From Hydrogenophilales bacterium (GTDB lineage: Bacteria > Pseudomonadota > Gammaproteobacteria > Burkholderiales > Eutrophovitaceae), in contig CACKOO010000001.1 in the NCBI GenBank assembly GCA_902601765.1, forward strand, positions 91,839-155,838: DNA of 64,000 bases. Direction: 5' to 3'. A model generated the notes under the pieces. That model was not told the origin of the DNA. It saw only the letters and a list, made by a program, of their open reading frames with translations, and searched no databases. This document shows, piece by piece, positions 30,123 to 39,322 of the stretch (positions within the stretch are counted from its first letter, which is position 1; every line of letters starts with the position of its first letter). Both the position numbers and the translations under genes were made by a program.

Positions 30123-31415
30123 ATGAATTTTTTACCGAGCTTAAGAGTTTTGATTGGGGTATTCGTATTCATAATTTCTTGTTCCGCTTTTGCTCAATTG
30201 ACGATCGATGTGATTGGGGGGGGGCAGGATAGAATACCTATTACCATCGTACCTTTCTCAAAGGAAAAAAATTTTGGGGAGGCCAGTAAAATCATAGCTT
30301 CTGATCTGGAGCTTAGCGGTTTATTTAAGATTAAGAAATTACCAGAAAATAGCTCGTCCCCAGCGCGTTTTCAACAAATAAATTTTCCTTATTGGAGAGA
30401 AGAGGGAGCAGAAAATCTTGTAATTGGTGAAATGAATAACTTGGAAAACGGAAAATACCGGGTACGTTTTAGATTAGTGGATTTGTTAAAGAAAAAGCAA
30501 GTCCTGGGAGCATCTTTTGAATTTAAACCAACGCAGATTCGGCAAGCTGCTCACAGAATTGCAGATCTTATTTATGAAAAATTAACAGGAGATATCGGGG
30601 TTTTTTCCACAAAAATTTGCTACGTTGTAAAAAAGGGAAAGGTTTTTGAAATTCAAGTCGCTGATGCTGATGGATTTAATAATAAGGTTGTGCACAGGTA
30701 TAGCGAACCAGTCATATCACCGCGTTGGTCGCCAGATGGAAAAAAAATTGCTTACGTTTCATTTGAAGAGAAAAAACCAATTGTTTACATACTCGATATT
30801 TACAGGGGAAAGAGAAAAGTACTTGCAAGTTTCGAGGGGTCTAATTCCGCACCTGCCTGGGCGCCAGACAGTAAAAGTTTAGCGATTACCCTTACGAAAG
30901 ATGGGGTTTCGCAAATTTATAGTATTAGGTCAGATGGAAAAGGGCTGCGTCAAATCACAAGAAATCAGTCAATTGACACTGAACCAAACTTTTCCCCGGA
31001 TGGTAAATATATTCTGTTTACATCCGACCGGGCTGGTGGACCTCAAATTTACCAAATGCGATCTGATGGGCGAGGCAAAGCAAAAAGATTAACATTCGAA
31101 GGAAGATATAATGTTAGTCCTCGCTATAGCCCAGATGGAGAATCTTTTGTTTTCATTCACAGAAGTAGTGGACAATTTAATGTTGCTACGCAAGACCTAT
31201 CTTCAGGAGTTGTGCAAATACTGACCAGTGGTGACATGGACCACTCTCCAACTTTTGCTCCAAATGGAAAAATTATATTGTATGCAACAGAGATTGGGAA
31301 AAAAGGTCGTGGTATATTGGCGGCTGTATCCAGCGATGGTCGAATCAAGCGACGGTATTCTATCCGAAAAGGGGATGTCCGAGAGCCTGCTTGGGGGCCA
31401 ATCTTGACCAAATAA
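30123..31415 (+). CDS. tolB: Tol-Pal system beta-propeller protein TolB
   Basis: Signal peptide and repeated SPDGK/APDSK/SPDGE propeller blades, 430 aa. Confidence 0.95.
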   Translation: MNFLPSLRVLIGVFVFIISCSAFAQLTIDVIGGGQDRIPITIVPFSKEKNFGEASKIIASDLELSGLFKIKKLPENSSSPARFQQINFPYWREEGAENLVIGEMNNLENGKYRVRFRLVDLLKKKQVLGASFEFKPTQIRQAAHRIADLIYEKLTGDIGVFSTKICYVVKKGKVFEIQVADADGFNNKVVHRYSEPVISPRWSPDGKKIAYVSFEEKKPIVYILDIYRGKRKVLASFEGSNSAPAWAPDSKSLAITLTKDGVSQIYSIRSDGKGLRQITRNQSIDTEPNFSPDGKYILFTSDRAGGPQIYQMRSDGRGKAKRLTFEGRYNVSPRYSPDGESFVFIHRSSGQFNVATQDLSSGVVQILTSGDMDHSPTFAPNGKIILYATEIGKKGRGILAAVSSDGRIKRRYSIRKGDVREPAWGPILTK

Positions 31416-31432
31416 AAGCAAGGGGTTAGCAA

Positions 31433-32119
31433 ATGAAGCAATTTTTAAATATTTTTTTATTAATCGCAATTTTAGGTGGATGCGCTAGTCAAATGCAAAA
31501 AGAATCTGAAATTGAGCAAAGGGAACTATATGATCAAAGTAAGTTAGCAAAACAATTAGAATTTGAACAGCAAGCAAAAGAGCAAGATGATTTTGCCAGG
31601 CAACAAGACGCTGTTAGAGAGCAACAAGAAAGATTGGCTAAGCAATTAGAGTTGGATGAGAGACAAGCCGAAGAGTTTTCCTCTGCAGAAATTGTTCCGA
31701 TTGAAGAAAATCAACTAGAAGAGGCCGAGATAGATGAGGTCGCTGATGCCCGTTCGCAATTAGACCAAACGTTATTAGCAAAAAGAAGTATATTTTTCGA
31801 ATATGATAGGTTTGACATCGCCAAAGAATTTATACCAATTGTTGAGGCGCATGCTAACCACCTAATACGAAATCCAGAGATGGACATCATAATTAATGGG
31901 CATTGTGATACCAGAGGCAGTCGGGAATACAATCTTGCCTTAGGACAGAGAAGGGCGAATAGCGTTAAACGGGCAATGCTTCTTCTGGGTGTAAATGATG
32001 ATCAAGTTAGAACCGTAAGTTTTGGAGCAGAAAAGCCTGTTGCAAATGGTCAAGATGAGGAAAGTCACGCGAGGAACCGTAGGAGTGATATTATTTATGA
32101 GAGTACAATGTTGCCATGA
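31433..32119 (+). CDS. pal: peptidoglycan-associated lipoprotein Pal with a long Q/E-rich linker
   Basis: Lipobox LGGCAS. OmpA-like C-terminal domain (GHCDTRGSREYNLALGQRRA...NRRSD). About 85 aa of charged helical linker. Confidence 0.92.
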   Translation: MKQFLNIFLLIAILGGCASQMQKESEIEQRELYDQSKLAKQLEFEQQAKEQDDFARQQDAVREQQERLAKQLELDERQAEEFSSAEIVPIEENQLEEAEIDEVADARSQLDQTLLAKRSIFFEYDRFDIAKEFIPIVEAHANHLIRNPEMDIIINGHCDTRGSREYNLALGQRRANSVKRAMLLLGVNDDQVRTVSFGAEKPVANGQDEESHARNRRSDIIYESTMLP

Positions 32120-32196
32120 ATCACAATAAATCTTATCTTTCCCACTAAAATCTCTATAGGTGTTCATATGCCATTGCTTTCAATCTAGGAGCCACA

Positions 32197-33279
32197 ATGA
32201 GATACCGGATGCTACTTACTGTTACGGTGTTGTCTCAGCTATTAGTATATTCACCAATTTCTGCGTTGGATGCATTCGTAATTCAATCAGACAACGGTAC
32301 TTTCAACCAACAATTCGAAAGTACCATGCGTTATGCACAAGTTCAGGATATTCGGTCAGATGAAATTGGTACTTTTGGTTTAGAGGAGCTAACGGAATTA
32401 GAGAAAAATTTCAGAGATATTAATGCTAAATATGAAGATCTAGATAGCCGTTTAATAAATTTGCTATCCCGAATAAAGGCGGTTGGGGTAAAACAAAGTG
32501 ACGGAGCTACAGTAATTAACACTAGAATTAATGTGATAGAGGAAAGGGTAAGGTTACGTGTTAGTAACGCCGCAAAAGTACACCAGCAAAGTTTCGAAAA
32601 TTTGAAGAGCCGAATTTCACTTATCGAGGATGCGTTACTCAAAAATCATGATACAACAGAGGAATCCCGGATTATCAGGTTAGAAAAAAAGCTAATATCT
32701 GTACAAGAAGCCGCATTGAACCAGCCAGAGTTATCTGAACATCTATTAATTAAAGACTTTGATATGCGCCTGGCATTAATTGAGGAGTCTCTCAATACCC
32801 TGTTGGAGGCATTTGAGAAGTCTTCAGCCAATTCTAAAATTTTAGATAATACTGGTCCAAACCCAAAAGGTGCTGTCTTAGTGAATGACGTGGCTAGCCA
32901 GACTACTATACCGGTGGATTTCTATGATTCGGGTATTATTCAATATGAGAAGGGAAATTTCCTCGGGGCAATTCAAATTTTTAAGGAATTTATAGAAAAT
33001 TATCCAGATCATAACTTAGCGTCAAATGCCCAATACTGGATCGGGGATTCATATTTCTCCATTAAGCAATATGAATTCGCAATCACGGCGCAGACAACTT
33101 TATTACTAACCTACCAGGACAGCCCAAAGTTGCCGGATGCGCTATTGGTGATTGGGAGCTCGCACAAAAAATTGGGTGATATAGACAAAGCCAGACAAGC
33201 ATGGCAAACCCTAATGGAGAAATTTCCAGGATCAAGCCCCGCTAATAAAGCAGGTAAACGAATATCTAATCTGCCCTGA
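32197..33279 (+). CDS. cpoB: cell division coordinator CpoB/YbgF (extended coiled-coil form)
   Basis: Signal peptide, a long coiled-coil region, and a C-terminal TPR domain (AQYWIGDSYF...LLVIGSSHKKLGDIDKARQAW). Follows pal. Confidence 0.8.
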   Translation: MRYRMLLTVTVLSQLLVYSPISALDAFVIQSDNGTFNQQFESTMRYAQVQDIRSDEIGTFGLEELTELEKNFRDINAKYEDLDSRLINLLSRIKAVGVKQSDGATVINTRINVIEERVRLRVSNAAKVHQQSFENLKSRISLIEDALLKNHDTTEESRIIRLEKKLISVQEAALNQPELSEHLLIKDFDMRLALIEESLNTLLEAFEKSSANSKILDNTGPNPKGAVLVNDVASQTTIPVDFYDSGIIQYEKGNFLGAIQIFKEFIENYPDHNLASNAQYWIGDSYFSIKQYEFAITAQTTLLLTYQDSPKLPDALLVIGSSHKKLGDIDKARQAWQTLMEKFPGSSPANKAGKRISNLP

Positions 33280-33340
33280 AAGAAAAAATCCAATTTACTG
33301 TATGATTTTTTGTTTATTTTTCTGCTAGCATCAAGTTTGT

Positions 33341-33369
33341 TTGACGTTGTGGCGCAAGGTGGCTACAAT
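33341..33369 (+). promoter_or_regulatory. sigma-70 promoter of tRNA-Lys
   Basis: TTGACG (33341-33346), 17 nt, TACAAT (33364-33369). The mature tRNA 5' end lies 12 nt downstream. Confidence 0.6.
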
Positions 33370-33381
33370 CCATCGCTTGGC

Positions 33382-33457
33382 GGGCGGTTAGCTCAGTTGG
33401 TAGAGCAGTGGACTTTTAATCCATTGGTCCAGGGTTCGAGTCCCTGACCGCCTACCA
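33382..33457 (+). tRNA. tRNA-Lys (anticodon UUU)
   Basis: GGGCGGTTAGCTCAGTTGGTAGAGC..., anticodon loop CTTTTAA, T-arm GGGTTCGAGTCCC, encoded CCA, 76 nt. Confidence 0.95.
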
Positions 33458-33463
33458 TTAATG

Positions 33464-34573
33464 TTAGTTATTAGGAGAAAAAATTAGTGGTTTAATGCCC
33501 TGAATTTTCGGCGAGCCATTCTGGTCGCGAATAGTTAATGTGATTTTTTCTGCTTCCCAATCAATTTCTGCTGTCCCAAAATTTATGTTTGGATAAATTT
33601 TTCCAACTCGCAGAGGATCATCTATCTCTCTACCTCGAAAGCCATTCGTAAGGCTAGAGGCGGTGATTTCGTGTCTTGCACCACCACCGGGTAATTTTTC
33701 CCGATAGATAGCCCCAAAATGCCTATCCCCAGTAATGAAAATTATATTTCTTAGATGTTTTTGATTAAGTAATTGATAAAGTTTTTGCTTTTCATGAGGA
33801 AAATTGCCCCATTTTTCCCATCTATGTTGGTCAGCCATGATTTGTATTGAGGATACTATGAATCGGATTTCTGCTTCCTCACTTAGTTTCTCAGATAGCC
33901 AACTCCATTGTGTTGAGCCTAAGATAGTCGACGTTTTATCAAAATTAGGTAGGTAGGGACCTCTCCCTTTTGTATTGGAATTTCCCACTTTGAGGTCAGA
34001 TCGGAACCATCTGGTATCAAGAACTATTATTTGGACTCTTTTCCCAACAGGACCGAAAATTTGTGAGTAATATATTCCGTCTCTGAGCCATCTCTTATCA
34101 TTCTTTTTGACATTCCAAAATTGCATGAAAAAATCTTTTGAAGTTTCTTTAAAGGGAAGATTAGCTCCCACATCATTTTTCCCGTAATCATGATCATCCC
34201 ATGTAACCATATGGGGGATTAGGCCGCGAAGTCTATTGAATTCCGACTGTTTTTTTTCAGCCAAGTAATAAGAATCCAGCAAAGATTTTTCTAAATATTC
34301 TTCCCGCACCGAAATCCCATGTGTTTTATCTCCATAAACATTATCACCTAAAAATAAAAATAATTGCGGGTTATAGTTAATTATAGAGGGCCATATCGTT
34401 TGTGTTTTTTCTTCATCTGCGCATGATCCAAATGCTATTTTTTGCAAGACTTGATTTACAATTAAGTTCGTATTTGCCCCGTAAACTTGATTTACGATAG
34501 CGTAAACGAGTACAAAAGTACAAACGATATACATTCCACCGTATTTGCTAAAAGTTTTTGTAATTGGACACAT
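33464..34573 (-). CDS. PhoD-family metallophosphoesterase (alkaline phosphatase D-like), exported
   Basis: FGSCADEE, FLFLGDNVYGD, WDDHDYGKND and ITGDRHFGAIY. Hydrophobic Sec-type N-terminus with no twin-arginine. Only 4 bp downstream of the barrel gene. Confidence 0.78.
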   Translation of the reverse strand: MCPITKTFSKYGGMYIVCTFVLVYAIVNQVYGANTNLIVNQVLQKIAFGSCADEEKTQTIWPSIINYNPQLFLFLGDNVYGDKTHGISVREEYLEKSLLDSYYLAEKKQSEFNRLRGLIPHMVTWDDHDYGKNDVGANLPFKETSKDFFMQFWNVKKNDKRWLRDGIYYSQIFGPVGKRVQIIVLDTRWFRSDLKVGNSNTKGRGPYLPNFDKTSTILGSTQWSWLSEKLSEEAEIRFIVSSIQIMADQHRWEKWGNFPHEKQKLYQLLNQKHLRNIIFITGDRHFGAIYREKLPGGGARHEITASSLTNGFRGREIDDPLRVGKIYPNINFGTAEIDWEAEKITLTIRDQNGSPKIQGIKPLIFSPNN

Positions 34574-34577
34574 ACAA

Positions 34578-35774
34578 CTAGAAAAAAGTAATTAGCTCAA
34601 GGTTTATAAAATCATCCTTTCCGATTGAGGACAAAATATTTTTTTCATTAACATTAGAAAAAAATCTACCAGTTAATGCTATCTTGCAATCATCGTAAAG
34701 TCGCGACTCAGCTTCAATAGAATAAATAGCAGTTTGGTCTTGTCTATCAATCAAAGCGCCAACGAGCAGTGCGCTGCTATTCGTGTCGTTCAGAGAGTAT
34801 CTGAGTCCTAGAAATATATCGTTATTAGAAGAGCTTTGAGGTAGATAAGGCATATTCGCGTTATCGTACTGGTATTCTCCTAAAATTCCCAGGTCATGGC
34901 TTTCATAAATTCCGTAAATGGTATGTTCGAAACCAGCTACTGAGGCGAAGAATGTTTTTGACTGTCGTTTTTGAGATAGCACTTCCAGTTTAAGTAACCA
35001 CGATTCTGATGTGTGTTGTAGATCTATACCATTACGTCTAGATATAAAATATTCTGCTTGAAGCCGATCGTTTTCAGCGAATAACAAAGGTTCACGATTA
35101 ATTCCTCGAAAATGTGAAATACCAATATCTAGGTCGCCAAAATAGTTTTGATACCGAAGGGCATAGTCGAGGTGATTTTTACCGTGCGAGTTTTTATAAG
35201 TAGCGTTTTTATTAATCGGCAACCAGTTACTTAACCTCTTTTCTGGCGATGCAAACTCTTTTTGTCTAAAATAAGGCATTAAATATAGCGACACATCACC
35301 CCAATCTCTAAAAAGATTAAGTCGGATCATTGGTTGGCCCAATTTATCTTCACCGTCAGAAGCTTCGAGATTATCAACTTGGTTGATAACATCCACTAAA
35401 TGGAGAGACTCTGCAACCCCCCAGAACTCTCTAGCTAGTCCAATACTTAAATCATAACCTTCCGATATATATTGAAGGTATGCTTCACGAATATCCAAAT
35501 GACTTCTTTCGGCATCTTTTTGACTTTTTCTTGCGAACCCATGTAGAAATATTTTGTAACTGTCTATCCTATAATCTAATTTGGAATTAATTGATAAGGA
35601 TAAATTATTTTCATAATTTTCTTTTACTAAAACTTCCGACTTTTGCATGAACATTGTATGATCAACGCCCAGTTCGTTGGTATACGAAATATTTTTAGCA
35701 AAAGACGCTGTGTTTATTGTAATAAAAAAAAAACACCAAATGATGCAATCAGGCATCTTGATTTTTAGCATCAT
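34578..35774 (-). CDS. predicted outer-membrane beta-barrel protein of unknown family
   Basis: Signal peptide, alternating-pattern strands, aromatic C-terminus ...NLELITFF. ATGA overlap with the upstream LolA-like gene. Confidence 0.5.
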   Translation of the reverse strand: MMLKIKMPDCIIWCFFFITINTASFAKNISYTNELGVDHTMFMQKSEVLVKENYENNLSLSINSKLDYRIDSYKIFLHGFARKSQKDAERSHLDIREAYLQYISEGYDLSIGLAREFWGVAESLHLVDVINQVDNLEASDGEDKLGQPMIRLNLFRDWGDVSLYLMPYFRQKEFASPEKRLSNWLPINKNATYKNSHGKNHLDYALRYQNYFGDLDIGISHFRGINREPLLFAENDRLQAEYFISRRNGIDLQHTSESWLLKLEVLSQKRQSKTFFASVAGFEHTIYGIYESHDLGILGEYQYDNANMPYLPQSSSNNDIFLGLRYSLNDTNSSALLVGALIDRQDQTAIYSIEAESRLYDDCKIALTGRFFSNVNEKNILSSIGKDDFINLELITFF

Positions 35775-36577
35775 CTGATCCGTTTAAGTTTATTAGGTTT
35801 GAAGTTATTTTTGTTTAGTTTGACTTCAAAATCATATTTGCTAAACGTTAGCAGCGTACTTTTCTTTGTTTGATGATTCGTCATTTCGAGGGTTAACGCT
35901 CGCCAATATCTGTTTTTGAATTTTTTGAAATTACTGAAAACAAGAGTTTTTAACAATGCATTTCTTCTATCATAATAATCGACTTTATTCACCCTGTAGT
36001 GGGCGTGGTCTATCCAAACTAATTGTCGAGTGTATCCAGAATTTTCATAAACTGGAATTCTCTCCATTAAAAAGCATTTACTTTTCGCAGTTATGCAAGA
36101 CTCATCCTTTAAGTATTTATATTTATATTTTTCCACCTCGAAGGAAAGCAAATCTTCATATGCAAACTCTGACCCCATAAAAGGACCAGATTTATTTTTC
36201 GAGGATATTCGTTTTACTCTTTTAAGAGCTGGAAGGTAAAGCCATTGATCATCAGGTTTAAAAACTTTTGTATGAGAGAGAAAAGCCGTTCCTTTAACAT
36301 CACCTGGGGTATCAAAAATAGTCAAAGATAGATCTCCTAGTCCTTTCTCTGATCTTTCTAATGACGAGATTCGAATCTGTCTTTCAGATGTTTCCCCATT
36401 CGAATTTCGTAAAAGCATTTTTAAATTTACTGTGCTAGCTCCCCAACCCAGGTCTCGACGGTCAGTTTCTTTCGCAATTGCTATTCCTTTTTCATCGCCT
36501 AACGCCAACGTAGATATCAGAGAAAAGATGGTAAAGACTATAGCTATTAAAGTACTTTGGTTAGTTTTATTTTTCAC
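35771..36577 (-). CDS. LolA-like 'outer-membrane lipoprotein-sorting' fold protein (periplasmic)
   Basis: Signal peptide plus DQWLYLPALKRVKRISSKNKSGPFMGSEFAYEDL, which I recall as typical of the LolA_like family usually paired with COG1033 exporters. Confidence 0.72.
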   Translation of the reverse strand: MKNKTNQSTLIAIVFTIFSLISTLALGDEKGIAIAKETDRRDLGWGASTVNLKMLLRNSNGETSERQIRISSLERSEKGLGDLSLTIFDTPGDVKGTAFLSHTKVFKPDDQWLYLPALKRVKRISSKNKSGPFMGSEFAYEDLLSFEVEKYKYKYLKDESCITAKSKCFLMERIPVYENSGYTRQLVWIDHAHYRVNKVDYYDRRNALLKTLVFSNFKKFKNRYWRALTLEMTNHQTKKSTLLTFSKYDFEVKLNKNNFKPNKLKRIR

Positions 36578-36604
36578 GTATTAAACTCCAATAAGGATAG
36601 TTTA

Positions 36605-38926
36605 TTAATTTGGCTGAGCAATCGGTGTATATTTTCTTTTATCAAGAAGTAATAATAAGGGAGGTAGTAACAAAAAATCCGTTATCAGAGCTAAGCCAAC
36701 GGCTAAGGCTGTCAATTGTCCTTGGACGGCATTTAGTTGGAATGTAGACATTGCTAGGACTGAGAAGCCAGCTACAATTACTAAAGTTGTAACTGATAAT
36801 GCCTTGCCTACAGTGGTAAAAGCATATCTAATGGCATCTTCGGGTGAATGACCGAACTCTTGCCGGCCTCTTTGGTACTTAGATAAAAAGTGTACGGTAT
36901 CATCCACAATTATTCCCAGTGATGTTGCTGTGATAACCGAGGCTGCCAGACCCACTTCACCCACTAAAACGGCCCAAATACCGAAGGCCATTCCAGCTGG
37001 AAGAAGATTGGGCACAAGGCTAATAATACCAAGTCTCCAGTCTTTCAAGGCAAAAACTAGTAACCCGGAAATTAATATAAGGGCCAAAGTCGTGCCTAAA
37101 AGCATAGTGTTAATGTTTCGTTCGGTAATATACGCAAATAATGCGAATGTCCCGGTAGCTTGCTTGTTCTCTACATGAGAAAAATTATCTTCCAGCCACA
37201 CTTTAGCAGCTCTATCTAGTTTTTGTAGTTCGCGTGTAGAAATATTCTCAAGGGTCGCTATTATTCGGGTAGAAGATTTATCCACACTGATTTGATTATT
37301 TAGGTCCAGCCCTTGTGGAAGAGACATTTCGTACAGTAGTAGGTATTGTGCTGCTAAATTTCTCTCATCTGGTAATTTATAGTAATCCTGGTCATCACCG
37401 TGCATATTTTTGTTAAGCCTTTTGAAAGTGTCAGTAATAGATGACACATGAACTACACTTTCTTGTTTGCGCAAAAAGTTCGCAAATTTTTCGAGTTGAG
37501 ATAAATAGTTTGGATCTGCAATTCCTCCCGAAGTTTTTGCCGGAATTGACCACTCTGTTCTGTAGACACCGGTCAAGTTTTCCAACGCAAAATCTGCAGC
37601 TTGTCTAAATGGCATAGATTCATCAAAGTAATTAACGAATTCATCATTCAGTTCAATTCGTGGAATCATGGCAAACAGGGAAATGGCTACAATGCTGCAA
37701 GTTATTAACAGTTTATTTTTGTTTTTGATGACGCTTTCCGCAAGCTTTTCCATAATATTTCCTTCAGATGAATTCGGCTTTGCTTTTATTGGAAAAATAG
37801 CGGCAAGAGCCGGTAGCAGAGTCATCGATAACGCCCAAGCTGCAGTTACCCCAAGTGCACAGATATTGCCCAAATCATTGAAGGGAGGCGCATCAGAAAA
37901 GTTTAATGTCAAAAAGCCTATTACCGTGGTTAGACTTGTTAGGAAAACTGGCCAGCAATTCACTCGGAGTGACTCTTCAATTGCTTTCCATCGACTCTTA
38001 CCACCTCTCATCTCTTTGAACATGGTTGTTAGAATATGAATCGCATCGGCTACGGCTAAGGTCATAATAACTACTGTAGCTCCAGCTGAAGGAGTTGACA
38101 TATCGATTCCTAGAGCTCCTGCTATTCCCCATCCTGTTAACACGGAGAATGCTATTATAAATATAGTAATAATTACGGCTCCTACAGACCTCAGAAGAAT
38201 AGCTAGCGTCACTAAAAGAACGAGGATCATTCCTGGAAATAGCGTTTTTCCGTCGGCTTGACTGGATTCAAAAAAAGCACTGTTAAGTGCTATATTACCT
38301 ACAATCTCCAGTCGGACCCCTGGGTTGCTCTGTTCAAAACGTTTGGCAATTTCGCGTGCTTTTGCCATTGCTAAAGGCACTTCATTGACTGACTTATTTG
38401 GTAAAGTGAGATTGGCACTGACTGCAGTAGTTCGTCCGTCTTTAGAAATTAACAGATCTTTTATCAGAGGCTCATTCAAGGCTATTGTTCTGATATTTTC
38501 GGCTTCTTGAATAGTTACAGGTTTATCAAATTCCACCAAGTCGCGAACTGTTAAATCGTCTCCTTCAGCGTAGCTGTGCTGGAAATTCGCAATAGAACTC
38601 ACCCTAGTAGTGAACGGTATTTGCCAAAATTCTTCGGTGAGTTCTCGTAAGTTATCTAAAAATTGCGGTTGAAATATATCCCCATTATTAGGTTGAAGGA
38701 CAAACTGAAGAACATCGTTACGAGAGTATGTATTTTGTAATTTCTCGTAAGCAGCTAGCTGAGGGTTTTCCTTAGAGAAAAAAATTCGATAATCCGTTTG
38801 AAATTGAATAGATTTCATGCCCGTTGCTATAAATAGAACTATAAGGATGCTAGATATACTTACTACCCAACGCCACCGGATGATGAATTCGGCGAAATTA
38901 CCAACACTACTTTGCATATTTTTCAT
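36605..38926 (-). CDS. RND-superfamily exporter, MMPL/COG1033 (HpnN-like) type
   Basis: 773 aa with two 6-TM bundles, each preceded by a periplasmic domain. Contains SLGIIVDDTVHFLSKY and TLAVADAIHIL. Confidence 0.85.
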   Translation of the reverse strand: MKNMQSSVGNFAEFIIRWRWVVSISSILIVLFIATGMKSIQFQTDYRIFFSKENPQLAAYEKLQNTYSRNDVLQFVLQPNNGDIFQPQFLDNLRELTEEFWQIPFTTRVSSIANFQHSYAEGDDLTVRDLVEFDKPVTIQEAENIRTIALNEPLIKDLLISKDGRTTAVSANLTLPNKSVNEVPLAMAKAREIAKRFEQSNPGVRLEIVGNIALNSAFFESSQADGKTLFPGMILVLLVTLAILLRSVGAVIITIFIIAFSVLTGWGIAGALGIDMSTPSAGATVVIMTLAVADAIHILTTMFKEMRGGKSRWKAIEESLRVNCWPVFLTSLTTVIGFLTLNFSDAPPFNDLGNICALGVTAAWALSMTLLPALAAIFPIKAKPNSSEGNIMEKLAESVIKNKNKLLITCSIVAISLFAMIPRIELNDEFVNYFDESMPFRQAADFALENLTGVYRTEWSIPAKTSGGIADPNYLSQLEKFANFLRKQESVVHVSSITDTFKRLNKNMHGDDQDYYKLPDERNLAAQYLLLYEMSLPQGLDLNNQISVDKSSTRIIATLENISTRELQKLDRAAKVWLEDNFSHVENKQATGTFALFAYITERNINTMLLGTTLALILISGLLVFALKDWRLGIISLVPNLLPAGMAFGIWAVLVGEVGLAASVITATSLGIIVDDTVHFLSKYQRGRQEFGHSPEDAIRYAFTTVGKALSVTTLVIVAGFSVLAMSTFQLNAVQGQLTALAVGLALITDFLLLPPLLLLLDKRKYTPIAQPN

Positions 38927-39100
38927 GGGTGACTTTCTTTTAAAAAATTACTAGATTACTGTTATTAAGTAATTAAGTTTTTGAGGTGCAAAACCTCCTA
39001 CACCCGCGAATTATGGCGTATATCATCTCCATAAGTAAGTGGGAATTTCATTTTATAAGGAGCACACTTATGAGGTAATGGTTTTTTCGTGGATTTAGAT

Positions 39101-39163
39101 GCCCGGATCGACAGTGTAAACAATATTTAGTTTACAGCACTCTAAGGGAAGTACGATCCGGGC
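39101..39163. promoter_or_regulatory. nested inverted repeats: a 10-bp GC-rich outer stem enclosing a 22-bp palindrome (candidate operator or 5'-UTR structure)
   Basis: Outer stem GCCCGGATCG (39101-39110) / CGATCCGGGC (39154-39163). Inner TGTAAAC-aatattta-GTTTACA (39115-39136). Confidence 0.45.
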
Positions 39164-39204
39164 AAAAACTGAGTCGCTTTATTCTACTAGTGTAAAAACG
39201 ATGT

Positions 39205-39223
39205 ATGTTAACACTGTCAACAT
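39205..39223. promoter_or_regulatory. 19-bp imperfect palindrome, candidate TetR operator
   Basis: ATGTTAACACTGTCAACAT, with 16 of 19 positions self-complementary. It overlaps the -10/+1 region of the predicted RND-operon promoter. Confidence 0.4.
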
Positions 39224-39251
39224 TGTAAATGAGAACGGTTATTGTTGTCAA
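39222..39251 (-). promoter_or_regulatory. candidate sigma-70 promoter of the RND operon
   Basis: On the minus strand, TTGACA (39251-39246), 18 nt, TACAAT (39227-39222). This implies a 5' UTR of about 290 nt containing the nested hairpin. Confidence 0.4.
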
Positions 39252-39322
39252 CGTATGAATGGTTATGTAAGGTTTATGTGGGCAGTTGTATAATCAATTT
39301 ATTAAATTAAATTAAAATAAAA

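Noticed and set aside
39057-39078. A perfect SD (AAGGAG), 7 nt, then the mini-ORF ATG-AGG-TAA in the RND/TetR intergenic region.
   Set aside because: The ORF is two codons long, far from either gene, and has no supporting structure. It is most likely chance, although a leader mini-ORF cannot be excluded.
39205-39260. A Pho box (two CTGTCAT-like 7-mers 11 bp apart) that would tie the PhoD-containing operon to PhoB.
   Set aside because: CTGTCAA is present, but the partner 7-mer at the 11-bp register (GTAAATG) does not match. The second TGTCAAC is 31 bp away.
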